From contig CAVZRV010000007.1 in NCBI GenBank assembly GCA_963777605.1, forward strand, positions 1 to 64,000: a stretch of 64,000 bases of DNA, in the 5' to 3' direction. Numbering within the stretch: position 1 is the stretch's first letter; every line of letters starts with the position of its first letter. Below are positions 29,544 through 39,778 of the stretch, piece after piece. The notes under the pieces are model-generated. The model did no database searches. It saw only the letters and a list, made by a program, of their open reading frames with translations, and was not told the DNA's origin. This DNA is from an uncultured Acidobacteriota bacterium. GTDB lineage: Bacteria > Acidobacteriota > UBA6911 > RPQK01 > JAPXNP01. A program made the position numbers and the translations under genes.

Positions 29544-29572
29544 GATATAAGATCCGGATTCCGGCCTGTCAA
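29544..29572 (-). promoter_or_regulatory. Sigma70-like promoter for dnaK
   Basis: TTGACA-N17-TATATC. Confidence 0.6.
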
Positions 29573-29727
29573 GCCGGTGGAGGGATTGATCTGCAGCGCG
29601 GCTTCGGAGCCAAAACTCGCCGGGTTTCCCGGGTTCCTCCGGGGGCCCGGGCTTCCGGAAACCAGGAAATCGGGAGCTTCGGGAGAGGGGGCCAAGGGAT
29701 CAGGGTCGGAAGCCCCGAAATCCGGCG

Positions 29728-30666
29728 TTAGTAGACCAGGTACTTCCGATGAGTAATCTTGGATTTCTCTCGGGCGACTTCGATGTCGAGTTCGTGTTCC
29801 TTCACCGGGCGCGACGTGTCGACATAGAAACCGGCGGTATAGGTATTGGACAGCCTGCCTTTCAGGTCGGTGAACAGTTCGTCCAGGTAGGTGTACTCGC
29901 CGGTGACATAGGCACGTCCCCCCGTCTCACCGCACAGAGCCCTGAAAAACGGGCCATTCATTCGCTCTTCGAAGGTGTAGTTGGGCCCGGTGACAAAATG
30001 GGGTGCGATTGAGACCACGTAAAGGTCGATGTCCGTGTTCCGCAGCATGAGTTGATACTCGTCCATGTTCGGATAGGACTCGCGATCGATGGTCTTCGTG
30101 AAAACAAGCAGAACTTTGCGCTTATCGGGGCGCGCTTTCAGGATGTCTACTGCCCGCCCGAGCACTCTCCCGACTTCAATATTGTTGAGGACGATTCCGG
30201 AGAACTCCGGCTCCATGTTCAGAAGCGCATTGACCAGGAGTCCCTCCTGATCGGTGAAGTCCTGAAGAAACTTGATCTCTTCGTAAAACTCTCCCAAACA
30301 GACCGCTCCTTCTGTTGTGAGCAGCGGGAAGAAGTCATACTGCAAGTGATACCGAAAAACGTCGACCGGGTTGACTTCCCCCCACTGGGGCATACTGACA
30401 GGGAACTTCGCAGTCCTGGGACTGTTCTCGAGTAATACAAGGAAAGCGGTCGGGATCTCCTTTCCCGCCAGAAAACGAACATCGACCGGCTTGCCGTCGA
30501 GCTTTATTTCAACTTCATCTCGGGAAAGGTCCCGAACGTAGATGCTATTTCGGTCTTTGACAGTGAAGGTAACGTACCGAGCTTCGGATTCTGCCCGCGC
30601 CACCACTCCCGGGAAGGTGACGAAAAACGGGAGGAGGACGGCGAAAGCAATCAGCGTTCTGCCCAT
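29728..30666 (-). CDS. Secreted VWA-related (Acidobacteria-type) domain protein
   Basis: Signal peptide, VTFTVKDR...VRDL...E..I..DGK, L..ETGGRAY, Y..GFY. The MIDAS motif is degenerate. Confidence 0.7.
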   Translation of the reverse strand: MGRTLIAFAVLLPFFVTFPGVVARAESEARYVTFTVKDRNSIYVRDLSRDEVEIKLDGKPVDVRFLAGKEIPTAFLVLLENSPRTAKFPVSMPQWGEVNPVDVFRYHLQYDFFPLLTTEGAVCLGEFYEEIKFLQDFTDQEGLLVNALLNMEPEFSGIVLNNIEVGRVLGRAVDILKARPDKRKVLLVFTKTIDRESYPNMDEYQLMLRNTDIDLYVVSIAPHFVTGPNYTFEERMNGPFFRALCGETGGRAYVTGEYTYLDELFTDLKGRLSNTYTAGFYVDTSRPVKEHELDIEVAREKSKITHRKYLVY

Positions 30667-30738
30667 GGCCCGATTATAGTCAATCAGAAGTTCGACATTC
30701 TGTCTCGTTTCAAACGCAGGGGCCCGGCTAGTGTCCTG

Positions 30739-30882
30739 TCACGCATCATATGAGGATTTCAGAGAGCGTTGCAGCTCCTCGAGGTCTCTGGCCAATCCCG
30801 CCTGCGCTCGATGGAGGTAGACAATGTACGCGAAGATCAGGGTCCAGAAAATCGCATAGCCAACGAACAGATACCAATTCAC
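30739..30882 (-). CDS. ccmD: CcmD heme exporter protein D (47 aa, not in ORF track)
   Basis: MNWYLFVGYAIFWTLIFAYIVYLHRAQAGLARDLEELQRSL..., with a GTGA overlap with ccmC. Confidence 0.8.
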   Translation of the reverse strand: MNWYLFVGYAIFWTLIFAYIVYLHRAQAGLARDLEELQRSLKSSYDA

Positions 30883-31619
30883 GGTACAACCCTCCTTCGA
30901 TCGAGTTGCTCCTGGCCCAGTCGCTCTCCGACCAGCGCATGCAGTCTCATGGACGCCCGCAAGAGAATGAGGACCATCAGGGCGAAGAAGCAGGCCAGAA
31001 TCGAGATCATGAGTGTCTGTTGCATTTTCGGGTCAAGATTCATCCCGCTGGCCGTGATCACAACAGGATGAATCGTCCGCCACCAACGAATTGACATCCA
31101 GACGATCGGCACATCGATGAATCCGATAATTCCGAACACGGCACAGAATTTGTACTTTTTCTCCCCCTCAGGAAGACTGGATCTCAAAATCAGATAGGCA
31201 ATATAGATGAGCCACAGGACGAGTGTTGTCATGACCCGCGGATCCCCCCAGGGAAACCAGGTATTCCATATTGGTTTCGCCCAGATCGGCCCGGTCGTCA
31301 GAACGATTGTGGTGTAGACGACACCAACTTCCACCGACGCGGCGGCCAACTGATCCCAGATCACGTTCCCTTTCCAGAGGTAGACGACGCCGGCCACAAA
31401 AACCAGAAAAAAGGCAAAAAAGGCATTGAACGCCGCCCCCACGTGAAAGTAGAAGATTCGCTGAACATCCCCCATTACCCGCTCGGTGGGGGCATAGACG
31501 AAGCTCCCGTAGAGGGCCAGGAGGATCAACGGGTAAAGCGCGTACTCCATCCAGTTCGCGATTTTCAACCACTTCGCCGCGGTTCTGAGTTGGGCTTCGG
31601 AATTCATCATAGGCTGCAC
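30879..31619 (-). CDS. ccmC: Heme exporter CcmC
   Basis: RIFYFHV, TGPIWAKPIWNTW..WGDPR, WWRTIHP. Confidence 0.93.
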   Translation of the reverse strand: MQPMMNSEAQLRTAAKWLKIANWMEYALYPLILLALYGSFVYAPTERVMGDVQRIFYFHVGAAFNAFFAFFLVFVAGVVYLWKGNVIWDQLAAASVEVGVVYTTIVLTTGPIWAKPIWNTWFPWGDPRVMTTLVLWLIYIAYLILRSSLPEGEKKYKFCAVFGIIGFIDVPIVWMSIRWWRTIHPVVITASGMNLDPKMQQTLMISILACFFALMVLILLRASMRLHALVGERLGQEQLDRRRVVP

Positions 31620-31663
31620 CAGATTATAACCATTCGATCCCGCCAGGCCGATATCCTCATCGA

Positions 31664-32341
31664 TCAGTCTTCCAGGACGAATTCAAACACGATATACGCT
31701 CCCGCTAAAAAGATCACGTCGGTGACGGCGAGCAGTCGAAGCCAGTGGTAGAAGAACTGCAGTTCGCCCGAACTCAACAGTTCCCGGGTTGCGTTTACTG
31801 CGGCAATGACAACCGGAACCAGAATCGGGAACAGCAGAATCGGCAGCAGCACGTCACGTGTGCGGAGGCTGCTCACCATGGCGGCAAACAGAGTGCCGAC
31901 GGACGAGAAGACGATCCCGACCAGAAGCAGGAGAAGGACCAGCCAGAAGAGTCGCGACGAGAGTTCCAGGTTGTAGAAGATCAGAAAGGCGCCCAGGATC
32001 ATCAGATCGATCAGAAAGAGCAGGATCGAGTTGGCAAAAAACTTTCCCAGGAAGAGCAAGCCCCGATCAACCGGCGACAAGATCAGGCCGTAGAGAGTTC
32101 CGTCCTCGCGCTCACACTGGAACGAGCGGTTGAGCTGAATCACCCCGGGGAAAAGGAGTGAAACCCAAAGGATCCCGGGGGCGGCAGCCTTGATCGCCTG
32201 GTCTCCGGGATCGAACGCAAAGTTGAAGATGATCAGTATGAGAAGTGCGAAAAAGACCGTCGTCAGAAAAGCCTGCCGGGAACGGTATTCGATCCGCAGA
32301 TCTTTGGAGGTCAGGGTCCAGACCAGTCGCCAACTCTTCAT
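31664..32341 (-). CDS. ccmB: Heme exporter CcmB
   Basis: KDLRIEYRS, PGILW, F..ERE.GTL.GL, LLPILLFP.LVPVVI. Confidence 0.92.
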   Translation of the reverse strand: MKSWRLVWTLTSKDLRIEYRSRQAFLTTVFFALLILIIFNFAFDPGDQAIKAAAPGILWVSLLFPGVIQLNRSFQCEREDGTLYGLILSPVDRGLLFLGKFFANSILLFLIDLMILGAFLIFYNLELSSRLFWLVLLLLLVGIVFSSVGTLFAAMVSSLRTRDVLLPILLFPILVPVVIAAVNATRELLSSGELQFFYHWLRLLAVTDVIFLAGAYIVFEFVLED

Positions 32342-32363
32342 CAAAACCACACCTGCAGGTACA

Positions 32364-33110
32364 TCATCCGTCAACAGTCTGAAAGTAAAGGCTCTCGAAT
32401 GTCGCCGCATCAATGTCGCTGCGGGCGGCCCGGAAGACAGACTGCCCCCGGTTCATGATCATGACGTGGCTCGAAAGTGCCAATCCCTCGACCAGGTTGT
32501 GAGTGATCATAAGGACCGTACGTCCCTGCTCTCTCAACTGCAACAGGACTTCGGTGAGGAGGCGACTTCCATGCTGATCGAGGCCCGCGTACGGCTCGTC
32601 GAGGATCAGCAGTTGAGGTTCGTGGAGAAGAGCTCGCGCCAGGGTCAGCCGCTGTTTCATGCCGCTCGAGTATCCACGCACGGAGCGGTTGAGAGCGTGA
32701 TCCAGATGCATCTGCTCCAATAGTGTCCGGGCCCGCCCCTCGGGCTCCGGGTGCTGATACAGGCGGGCAAAAAACACCAGGTTCTCCAACCCGGTCAGAT
32801 CGCCATAGAGAAGACTCTGGTGGGAAACGTAGCCGACCCGGTCACGACTGCCTTCCTCTCCCCCAAACTTGATCGAGCCCTCCGAAGGCCGCGTTAACTG
32901 GGCTATCATCCGCAACAGAGTGGACTTTCCGGCTCCGTTGGGGCCGAGGACGACCCAGAAATCACCTGCCTGGATCTGCAAATCTACTTTCCAGACAGCC
33001 GTAACTGAACCGAATCTCTTGGTGAGTTGCTGGATGGCGACCAGCGGCTCCGTGGAAGACGGCACCTGGTCGGTTCCTTCAGGAGTTCTTGCGTTTGGGC
33101 TTCTGTTCAA
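32364..33110 (-). CDS. ccmA: Heme ABC exporter ATPase CcmA
   Basis: GPNGAGKST, YSSGMKQRL, LDEPY.GLD, within the ccm cluster. Confidence 0.9.
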   Translation of the reverse strand: MNRSPNARTPEGTDQVPSSTEPLVAIQQLTKRFGSVTAVWKVDLQIQAGDFWVVLGPNGAGKSTLLRMIAQLTRPSEGSIKFGGEEGSRDRVGYVSHQSLLYGDLTGLENLVFFARLYQHPEPEGRARTLLEQMHLDHALNRSVRGYSSGMKQRLTLARALLHEPQLLILDEPYAGLDQHGSRLLTEVLLQLREQGRTVLMITHNLVEGLALSSHVMIMNRGQSVFRAARSDIDAATFESLYFQTVDG

Positions 33111-33378
33111 GGGCCTCGACCTTTCTCATAGCCTCGACCGCATGAGCCTCCCAGTCCTCTTTAAGCCGCTCGTAGTCGTCCTCTGAGAGCTTTCCCATGC
33201 GAAAGTCCATCTCGATGTCCTTCAGGTTCGCGAAGGCACTCTCTTTCACCTCGAGGGCCCGATCCAGTTCCGTCATTTCCTCCACGGCCATCGGCTCGCC
33301 ATCGTCCTCTTTCATCAGAGGCCAGGCCACGAATAGGACCAGCCCGATGAGCATTACAGGGATAAGCATCAGTTCCAT
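33079..33378 (-). CDS. CcmI/CycH N-terminal-like small membrane protein
   Basis: TM ending WPL, then LKDIEMDFRMGKLSEDDYERLK. Confidence 0.65.
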   Translation of the reverse strand: MELMLIPVMLIGLVLFVAWPLMKEDDGEPMAVEEMTELDRALEVKESAFANLKDIEMDFRMGKLSEDDYERLKEDWEAHAVEAMRKVEALEQKPKRKNS

Positions 33379-33407
33379 TACTCAGTCAACTCCACGGCCT
33401 TTCCGGG

Positions 33408-35399
33408 TCATGCCGCCTCGTGGCGCACACGCTCGTCCTTCTGGGCGATCACCTTGGCAGACGCGGTCTTCTTGTCCGGGAAGAGGACAAAAACACCGCC
33501 CATCGCCATTATCCCGATTCCCATCCAGATCAGCTCGACAAGGGGATTGATAAAGACGTGAAAAGTCACGTTGCCCGCATCATCCCAGCCCGACAGCACG
33601 ACATAGAGATCCTCCAGGAACCGTGACCGGATCGCAACTTCCGTTGCCGGTTGCTCGCTCTTGTGGTGGAAATGCTTCTGGGGGTAGAGCTCGTCAATCT
33701 CCTTGTCCCCCTTGAAGACTCCAACTTTGGCAAAGACCACATCCTTCTCCGGGTCCCTTCGCTGCGAAAGTCCCCTGAATTCCAGGGTGTAGTCCTCCAA
33801 CTGGAATTTCTGGCCCTGGCGGACCGTATAAGTCTGATCCACACTGAATAATGAACTGGCGATGATGCCGACGAAGACGAGCACCGTCCCGCCGTGGATA
33901 ATAAATCCACCGTAGCGCCGCTTGTTCATCAAAGTCAGGTCCTTCAGAGCACCCACAAAACTCGAAGGACGGATGCTCTGCCGGGCCCGCGCTCCCTTGA
34001 AAAACTCAAGGGCGATCGTGTAGGTCACGAACGCCGCGGCCGAGAAGAAAGCCAGCGCAATCCAGTTTCGCATCCCCAGTGCGACCAAGGCCACCCCAAA
34101 GACCAGCCCTGTTGCCAAAGGATAGAGGAAATTCCGGCGAAAATTCTTCCAGGTGGCCTTTCTCCAGGCAATCAGGGGACAGATCCCGGTCAGGATCAGG
34201 AGCGCCAGACCCAGCGGCCAGTTGACCTGGTTGAAGAAAGGCGCAGCGACGGAGATCTTCTCCCCCTTGATCGCTTCCGAGAGTATCGGGAAAACCGTGC
34301 CCCAGAAGACCGCAAAGCAGATCGATATCAGAAGCCAGTTATTGAGCAGGAAGCTGGCTTCCCGAGAGAGAAAAGACCGCATCCGCAGCTCACTACGGAG
34401 CTCGTTCTGGCGATAGAAAACCCAGAAGAGCGAAAACGTACAGCTGATCGCCAGAAAACCGACAAAAAACGGACCCAAATTGGAAAGGGCGAACGAGTGG
34501 ACCGAGGAGATCACCCCGCTTCTGGTGATGAAGGTCCCGAAAATCGACAGCTCAAAGGCCAGGATGATCAGGATGAAATTCCACAGCTTCAGCATCCCTT
34601 TCTTTTCGGTGATCATAATCGAATGCAGAAATGCTGTGGCAACCAGCCATGGCATGAAGGATGCGTTTTCAACCGGATCCCAGGCCCAGTAACCACCCCA
34701 ACCGAGCTCTTCATAAGCCCAGCGTCCGCCGAGGGTAAATCCCAGGGTCAGGAACACCCAACTCAGAATCGTCCATTTCCGGGTCGTACGGATCCAGCTC
34801 GTGTCCGTCTTCCCGCTCATGAGGGCTGCGATCGAGAACGCAAATGGAATCGCCAACCCCACGTAGCCGAGAAAAAGCGTCGGGGGATGGATGATCATGT
34901 ACCAGTTCTGCAGCAGGGGATTCAGCCCCTGTCCATCCGCGGGTCGCTGCGCCAGCATCTCAAACGGGTGGGTGGCGAAATTCAACAGGAGCGCAAAAAA
35001 GAACATGATGCCAAGCAGGCAGAAAGCCACGTATGGCATCAGGGCGCGGTTCTTGTGGCGGTTCTGGATCACCGCGGCTGCCGCAAACAGGCCGAGGATC
35101 AAAGCCCAAAGCAGCAGGCTTCCTTTCTGACCGCCCCAGAACGCCGTGAATTTGAAAGCGGCAGGCATCGCTGCCGCACTGTAATTGGCAACGTACTGAA
35201 CCAGAAAGTTGTCAGTTAGAAAGAGGTACCAGAGACTGATCGAAGCGATCACCAACAGGCCGAAGTTGGCAAGTACGGTGTTCTCTGCACTCCTGATGAG
35301 CGCATTGTTCCTCCGGTATCCTCCCACGAGCGCCACTACCATTCCATACGCACAGAACACCAGCGACGCGAGAAGTGCGTAATGACCAAGTTGAATCAT
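33408..35399 (-). CDS. ccmF: Cytochrome c heme lyase CcmF
   Basis: WGGQKGSLLLW, GLNPLLQ, HPP, WAY.ELGWGGYWAWDPVENAS, SVHSF. Confidence 0.96.
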   Translation of the reverse strand: MIQLGHYALLASLVFCAYGMVVALVGGYRRNNALIRSAENTVLANFGLLVIASISLWYLFLTDNFLVQYVANYSAAAMPAAFKFTAFWGGQKGSLLLWALILGLFAAAAVIQNRHKNRALMPYVAFCLLGIMFFFALLLNFATHPFEMLAQRPADGQGLNPLLQNWYMIIHPPTLFLGYVGLAIPFAFSIAALMSGKTDTSWIRTTRKWTILSWVFLTLGFTLGGRWAYEELGWGGYWAWDPVENASFMPWLVATAFLHSIMITEKKGMLKLWNFILIILAFELSIFGTFITRSGVISSVHSFALSNLGPFFVGFLAISCTFSLFWVFYRQNELRSELRMRSFLSREASFLLNNWLLISICFAVFWGTVFPILSEAIKGEKISVAAPFFNQVNWPLGLALLILTGICPLIAWRKATWKNFRRNFLYPLATGLVFGVALVALGMRNWIALAFFSAAAFVTYTIALEFFKGARARQSIRPSSFVGALKDLTLMNKRRYGGFIIHGGTVLVFVGIIASSLFSVDQTYTVRQGQKFQLEDYTLEFRGLSQRRDPEKDVVFAKVGVFKGDKEIDELYPQKHFHHKSEQPATEVAIRSRFLEDLYVVLSGWDDAGNVTFHVFINPLVELIWMGIGIMAMGGVFVLFPDKKTASAKVIAQKDERVRHEAA

Positions 35400-35420
35400 T
35401 GATTCGAAAGGTTCCCTTCT

Positions 35421-35852
35421 TTATTCCGCTGGAGCGTCGCCAGGATGCTCGTTCCCCATGGCTTCGTACTTCGACGGGCATTTGGCAAGAAGGGTATTGG
35501 CCCGAAAGGCAGGTGAGTCGGCTGAATAGATTCCCTCGACCACAACCTCCGCCTCATCCTTGAAAGTGTCGGGGATGATCCCTTCATACACAACAGGCAT
35601 CGTGCGTTTACTACTTCGCTCGTAGACGAGGAACTGGACCCTTGAGCCATTTTCGTCCCGGTCGATGGAACCTGGCTTAACGTAACCGCTGACGCGGACA
35701 CCCTGGCCGGAGAGACGGACGCTTTCGGTCTGCAATTCGCCGAGGGTGTAGTAGTAGACCATTGAATCGTTGATACCGCTGAACATCAGGAAGCATATAC
35801 CCCCAACGATCAGGGCGCCGGCGATAAAGAATTTGGCGTGCGGAAGCCTCAT
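35421..35852 (-). CDS. ccmE: Heme chaperone CcmE, Cys-type
   Basis: YYYT..EL, VRVSG.V..GSI, PDTFK...EVVVEG, LAKCPSKY. Confidence 0.93.
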   Translation of the reverse strand: MRLPHAKFFIAGALIVGGICFLMFSGINDSMVYYYTLGELQTESVRLSGQGVRVSGYVKPGSIDRDENGSRVQFLVYERSSKRTMPVVYEGIIPDTFKDEAEVVVEGIYSADSPAFRANTLLAKCPSKYEAMGNEHPGDAPAE

Positions 35853-36070
35853 TGTATAGTCCTTACGTTGATCCAGTGTGACCCGAAATAGGAATTCGCA
35901 ACCTCTATTCTAGAACGTGAAGCCATTCTAGCAGGATTCCCGCGCCACTTGGAAGGAGGACACCCGACAAGTCAAGGCCAGGGGACAAGCTGGCGCCGCC
36001 TTCGCAAAACCCGGGTCGGAAACGGGCCGGGCAATACTGTAGACCACCCGGCCAGACGCTCAATCCGAGG

Positions 36071-36379
36071 CTATGCGTAGATGAGGATTACAACGACCAC
36101 GAACGTCAGAAGGGCAAGGAACTCGATGAAGGCGAGGCCAAGGATGATAAACAGTCGAATCGTGTCCACGGCACCTGGATTCCGGGAAACACCTTCACAT
36201 CCGCCCGCTACCGCCCGGCTCTGGCCAATCCCGCAGCCCGCTGCCGCAATCGCCATCGCAATGGCGAGCCAGTGCGCCTGCATGCCGCCGCCGCTCTCAG
36301 CGCCGCTCTGGGCATAAACCGGCATCGCCAGCAAGCTAACGATTAAGAGACCGACAGCAAGTAGTGCGTACTTTCTCAT
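36071..36379 (-). CDS. atpE: F0 ATP synthase subunit c with N-terminal extension
   Basis: A.AAAGCGIGQ...EGVSRNPGA...LGLAFIE, preceded by signal-like MRKYALL...VYA. Confidence 0.92.
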   Translation of the reverse strand: MRKYALLAVGLLIVSLLAMPVYAQSGAESGGGMQAHWLAIAMAIAAAGCGIGQSRAVAGGCEGVSRNPGAVDTIRLFIILGLAFIEFLALLTFVVVVILIYA

Positions 36380-36408
36380 TCGAATACTCCTTGAATGTTT
36401 CGGATCCT

Positions 36409-37167
36409 TCATCCTTCGGTCTCTGGAAAAGAATGCCCCTCATGTTCGTCACTGTGCTCGAGGGCTCCTCCAAGGTAAACCATGGCGAGGACGATAAAGA
36501 TGAACGCTTGAATAGTGCTTGCAAACAGAGCCAGAGCCATCACCGGCAGGCTCAGGAGGAAGGGGAACATGGAGTTCAGCGTTCCGATGATCAACTCCTC
36601 CGCGAAGATATTCCCAAATAAGCGGACCGCCAACGAAAACGGTCGCGCGAAGTGACTGATAACCTCGATCACGAAGAGCAACGGGGCAATGACCATCGAC
36701 GGGCCCGCAAAGTGGGCCAGATACTTGACTAGACCGTGAGTCCGGAAACCTACGTAGTTGTAGTAAATAAAGACGATGACCGCGCAACCCGCCGTCACGT
36801 TAATGTTGCTCGTGGGCGACATGAACCCGGGAAACATCCCGATCAGATTCCCCGCCAGAATAAACAGAAAGAGTGAACCGAGCAGAGGGAAGAAACGCAG
36901 CGCTGGCCCTCCGATGATATCCCGCGCGAGACCCAGCAAGCCCTCAGCCCAAAGCTCAAGAAACTGCTGAAACCCGCCCGGTTCGGTCACACTCAACCGA
37001 CGGCGCATGATCAGCGAGATCAGGATAAGCCCAAGTGACACGACAATGATCATCACCAGGTGTGGGGGGAGCACGTCATGCTCGACGTGGTACCCGAACA
37101 ACCCCGCGATCGGATTGGCAATGAGTTGATTGAATAAAGTGGAGATGAAGAACTCGTGATGTTCCAT
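36409..37167 (-). CDS. atpB: F0 ATP synthase subunit a
   Basis: SPTSNINVT, IEVISHFARPFSLAVRLFGNIFAEE, IQAFIF..L..VY. Confidence 0.96.
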   Translation of the reverse strand: MEHHEFFISTLFNQLIANPIAGLFGYHVEHDVLPPHLVMIIVVSLGLILISLIMRRRLSVTEPGGFQQFLELWAEGLLGLARDIIGGPALRFFPLLGSLFLFILAGNLIGMFPGFMSPTSNINVTAGCAVIVFIYYNYVGFRTHGLVKYLAHFAGPSMVIAPLLFVIEVISHFARPFSLAVRLFGNIFAEELIIGTLNSMFPFLLSLPVMALALFASTIQAFIFIVLAMVYLGGALEHSDEHEGHSFPETEG

Positions 37168-37180
37168 GACTCGGTCGCTC

Positions 37181-37597
37181 TCAGAACTGCCTGTACCCCA
37201 GCAACAAAACCGCTTCAATTAGTCCGGCAGCGACGAAAATCGCCAGTCCTCCAAGGGCCCCGAACAGGCTCAAAAAAGGAAGTTGGATCATAGCAAACAC
37301 AACACCTAAGATCAACAAAAGTCGGCCTACGAAGCCCGCCGCCAGAACGGTGGCGCTTTGATCCGATCGCCCGAGCAGTGCCCGGTCTATTGCCAGTTTC
37401 ATCCAGTGGAAATTGGCCAGGGCAACGAGCCCGCCCAGAGCGATCGAAAGGGCCATCGGCCACCCCCATAGGATCAACCCTCCGAGCACGAACAACACGA
37501 GCAGAACAACGGCACGCTTGAAGAGGCCTTCAACTCCTGGCCGGAACAGCCCGGCCCAGGTCGGGGAACCTTCTTTCAATTCCACACTTCCCCTCAC
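37181..37597 (-). CDS. atpI: ATP synthase protein I (4-TM)
   Basis: Hydrophobic ORF with GGLVALANF, upstream of atpB. Confidence 0.75.
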   Translation of the reverse strand: MRGSVELKEGSPTWAGLFRPGVEGLFKRAVVLLVLFVLGGLILWGWPMALSIALGGLVALANFHWMKLAIDRALLGRSDQSATVLAAGFVGRLLLILGVVFAMIQLPFLSLFGALGGLAIFVAAGLIEAVLLLGYRQF

Positions 37598-37803
37598 TTC
37601 AAACCGAGTATCCGGACCAGTTCATAAAATGCACCGATCACACCCAGCGCGAATCCCGTGAGCATCAACCAGGGGGCAGTGCCGAAGTAAGCATCTACCT
37701 GGAGTCCGAAATAGACCCCTCCAATCAGCGTAATCGGCAACACGAAGATCAGGCTCGAATAGAGAGCCAATCGCCGGTAGTTGTTCTTCTCTTCGCTGCC
37801 CAT
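37594..37803 (-). CDS. AtpZ/AtpI-family small protein
   Basis: GVYFGLQVDAYFGTAPWLM..G..LG..GAF. Confidence 0.85.
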   Translation of the reverse strand: MGSEEKNNYRRLALYSSLIFVLPITLIGGVYFGLQVDAYFGTAPWLMLTGFALGVIGAFYELVRILGLK

Positions 37804-37821
37804 GGCACTTCCCGAATCGGG

Positions 37822-38787
37822 TCAACTGGAAAGAGAGCTTGAGCCCCCGTCCCTGGCCAGGTAATCATCAAAATAGGCGACCGTCTGCTCGAGGCCCTTG
37901 CGGAGGGGGACCTCAGGCATCCATCCAAGGTACTCCCGGGCCTTCGCGATCTCGGGGCGCCGGCGGATCGGATCGTCGGTGGGAAGCGGGTGGAACTGGA
38001 TCCCTCCCTTGCTACAGGTCAACTCGTTGACCATTTCCGCAAGCCGAAGGATAGTAATTTCCTCGGGATTCCCCAGGTTGATCGGGCCGGTTCCCCCATC
38101 CCAGCCCATCAGGAGACGCAGGCCCCGGATCAGATCAGACACGTAACAGAAGGACCGCGTCTGCGAACCGTCACCGTAGATCGTCAGTGGCTTCCCCTGT
38201 AGCGCCTGAACGATCAGGTTGCTCACCACCCGTCCGTCTCGAACCGACATCCGGGGACCATAGGTGTTGAAGATGCGGGCGATTCTGACTTGGACACCGT
38301 TCTGGCGGTGGTAGTCCATCATCAAGGTTTCGGCAACCCGTTTCCCCTCGTCGTAACAGCTTCGCGGCCCGATGGGGTTAACGGACCCCCAGTATTCCTC
38401 GCGCTGAGGGTGAACCTCGGGATCACCGTAAACTTCGGAGGTACTGGCCTGGAGAATTCGCGCCCGCAGCCGTTTAGCCAGGCCGAGCATGTTCAGGGTT
38501 CCCTGCACGTTGGTCTTCACCGTTTTGACAGGGTTGTACTGGTAATGGACCGGTGACGCCGGGCAAGCCAGGTTGAAAATCCGGTCGACCTCCGCGTAAA
38601 CAGGCCGAATGATGTCGTGGCGGACAAATTCGAACGCCCGGTTGTCGAGAAACGGGTAGACATTCTCTTTCCGACTCGAGAAGAGATTGTCAAGACAGAT
38701 GACTTCCCAACCGTCCTGCAGAAGCGACTCACACAGATGGCTCCCGATGAAACCAGCTCCCCCAGTGACCAAAACTCGCTGTAGCAA
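37822..38787 (-). CDS. UDP-glucuronate decarboxylase (UXS-like SDR)
   Basis: [36 protein letters not shown]. Confidence 0.92.
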   Translation of the reverse strand: MLQRVLVTGGAGFIGSHLCESLLQDGWEVICLDNLFSSRKENVYPFLDNRAFEFVRHDIIRPVYAEVDRIFNLACPASPVHYQYNPVKTVKTNVQGTLNMLGLAKRLRARILQASTSEVYGDPEVHPQREEYWGSVNPIGPRSCYDEGKRVAETLMMDYHRQNGVQVRIARIFNTYGPRMSVRDGRVVSNLIVQALQGKPLTIYGDGSQTRSFCYVSDLIRGLRLLMGWDGGTGPINLGNPEEITILRLAEMVNELTCSKGGIQFHPLPTDDPIRRRPEIAKAREYLGWMPEVPLRKGLEQTVAYFDDYLARDGGSSSLSS

Positions 38788-38788
38788 C

Positions 38789-39766
38789 TCAGTACCTCCT
38801 GTTACATTCCCATTTCCAGGCCGATGCAAGAACTTCTTCGAGACTGGATATTTCCGCTTTCCAACCCAGTTCACGAAAAGCCCGGGCCGGATCGGCAACC
38901 AACTGCGGCGGATCGCCGACACGTCGCCCACTGACCACCTCAGGGATTTCCCGTCCCGTCAACCGACGTGCCGTATCAATCAGGGCCCGTACACTGTACC
39001 CGTTCCCGGTTCCCAGGTTGAACGCCCGACTCGGGTTTCCCTCGACCAACCATTGCAGGGCGCGGGTGTGGGCCCGGGCGAGATCGGTCACATGGATGTA
39101 GTCCCGGATACAGGTTCCGTCGGGAGTGGCGTAGTCGTCGCCGAAAACCTCGATATTGGGAATCCGGCCCATCGCGACCTGCAGAACCAGAGGGATCAGG
39201 TGGGTCTCCGGGTCATGTGCCTCGCCGATACGGCCCTGCGGGTCGGCACCGGCTGCGTTGAAGTAGCGCAAGGCAACGAACCTCATTCCGTAAGCCCTGT
39301 CGTATTGCCGAAGGATGCGCTCAATGAAGTACTTGGAGTCCCCGTAAGGGTTAACCGGGTCTTGGGGATGATCTTCATCGATGGGAACGCGCACCGGTTC
39401 GCCATAGGTCGCACACGTTGAGGAGAGAATGAATCGCTTGACATCCTGGCGAAGCATGACGCGAAAGAGGGTCAGTGCGTTTCCGACGTTTTCCTCATAG
39501 TAGCGCCGCGGGTTCCGCACCGACTCCCCAACATAACAACGACTGGCAAAATGCATCACCGCCACCGGGCGATGTTTCTCGAACACTGCGTCAAGAAAGG
39601 CCCCGTCAGCCAGGTCTCCCCGTTCCAGTTCGCCGGCCAGCACCGCTTCCGGGTGTCCTTCACTCAGGTTGTCGACGGTGACCGGCGTCAGTCCGGCTCC
39701 GGCCAGGTCGAGGAGGGCATGGCTGCCAATGTAGCCCGCTCCCCCGGTTACGATTACTTTCGCCAC
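38789..39766 (-). CDS. galE: UDP-glucose 4-epimerase
   Basis: [40 protein letters not shown]. Confidence 0.95.
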   Translation of the reverse strand: MAKVIVTGGAGYIGSHALLDLAGAGLTPVTVDNLSEGHPEAVLAGELERGDLADGAFLDAVFEKHRPVAVMHFASRCYVGESVRNPRRYYEENVGNALTLFRVMLRQDVKRFILSSTCATYGEPVRVPIDEDHPQDPVNPYGDSKYFIERILRQYDRAYGMRFVALRYFNAAGADPQGRIGEAHDPETHLIPLVLQVAMGRIPNIEVFGDDYATPDGTCIRDYIHVTDLARAHTRALQWLVEGNPSRAFNLGTGNGYSVRALIDTARRLTGREIPEVVSGRRVGDPPQLVADPARAFRELGWKAEISSLEEVLASAWKWECNRRY

Positions 39767-39778
39767 TGAGGCCCTCCT

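Noticed and set aside
29464-29727. CIRCE element or ncRNA upstream of dnaK
   Set aside because: No TTAGCACTC-N9-GAGTGCTAA is present. The GC-rich imperfect hairpins look like ordinary terminator-type structure.
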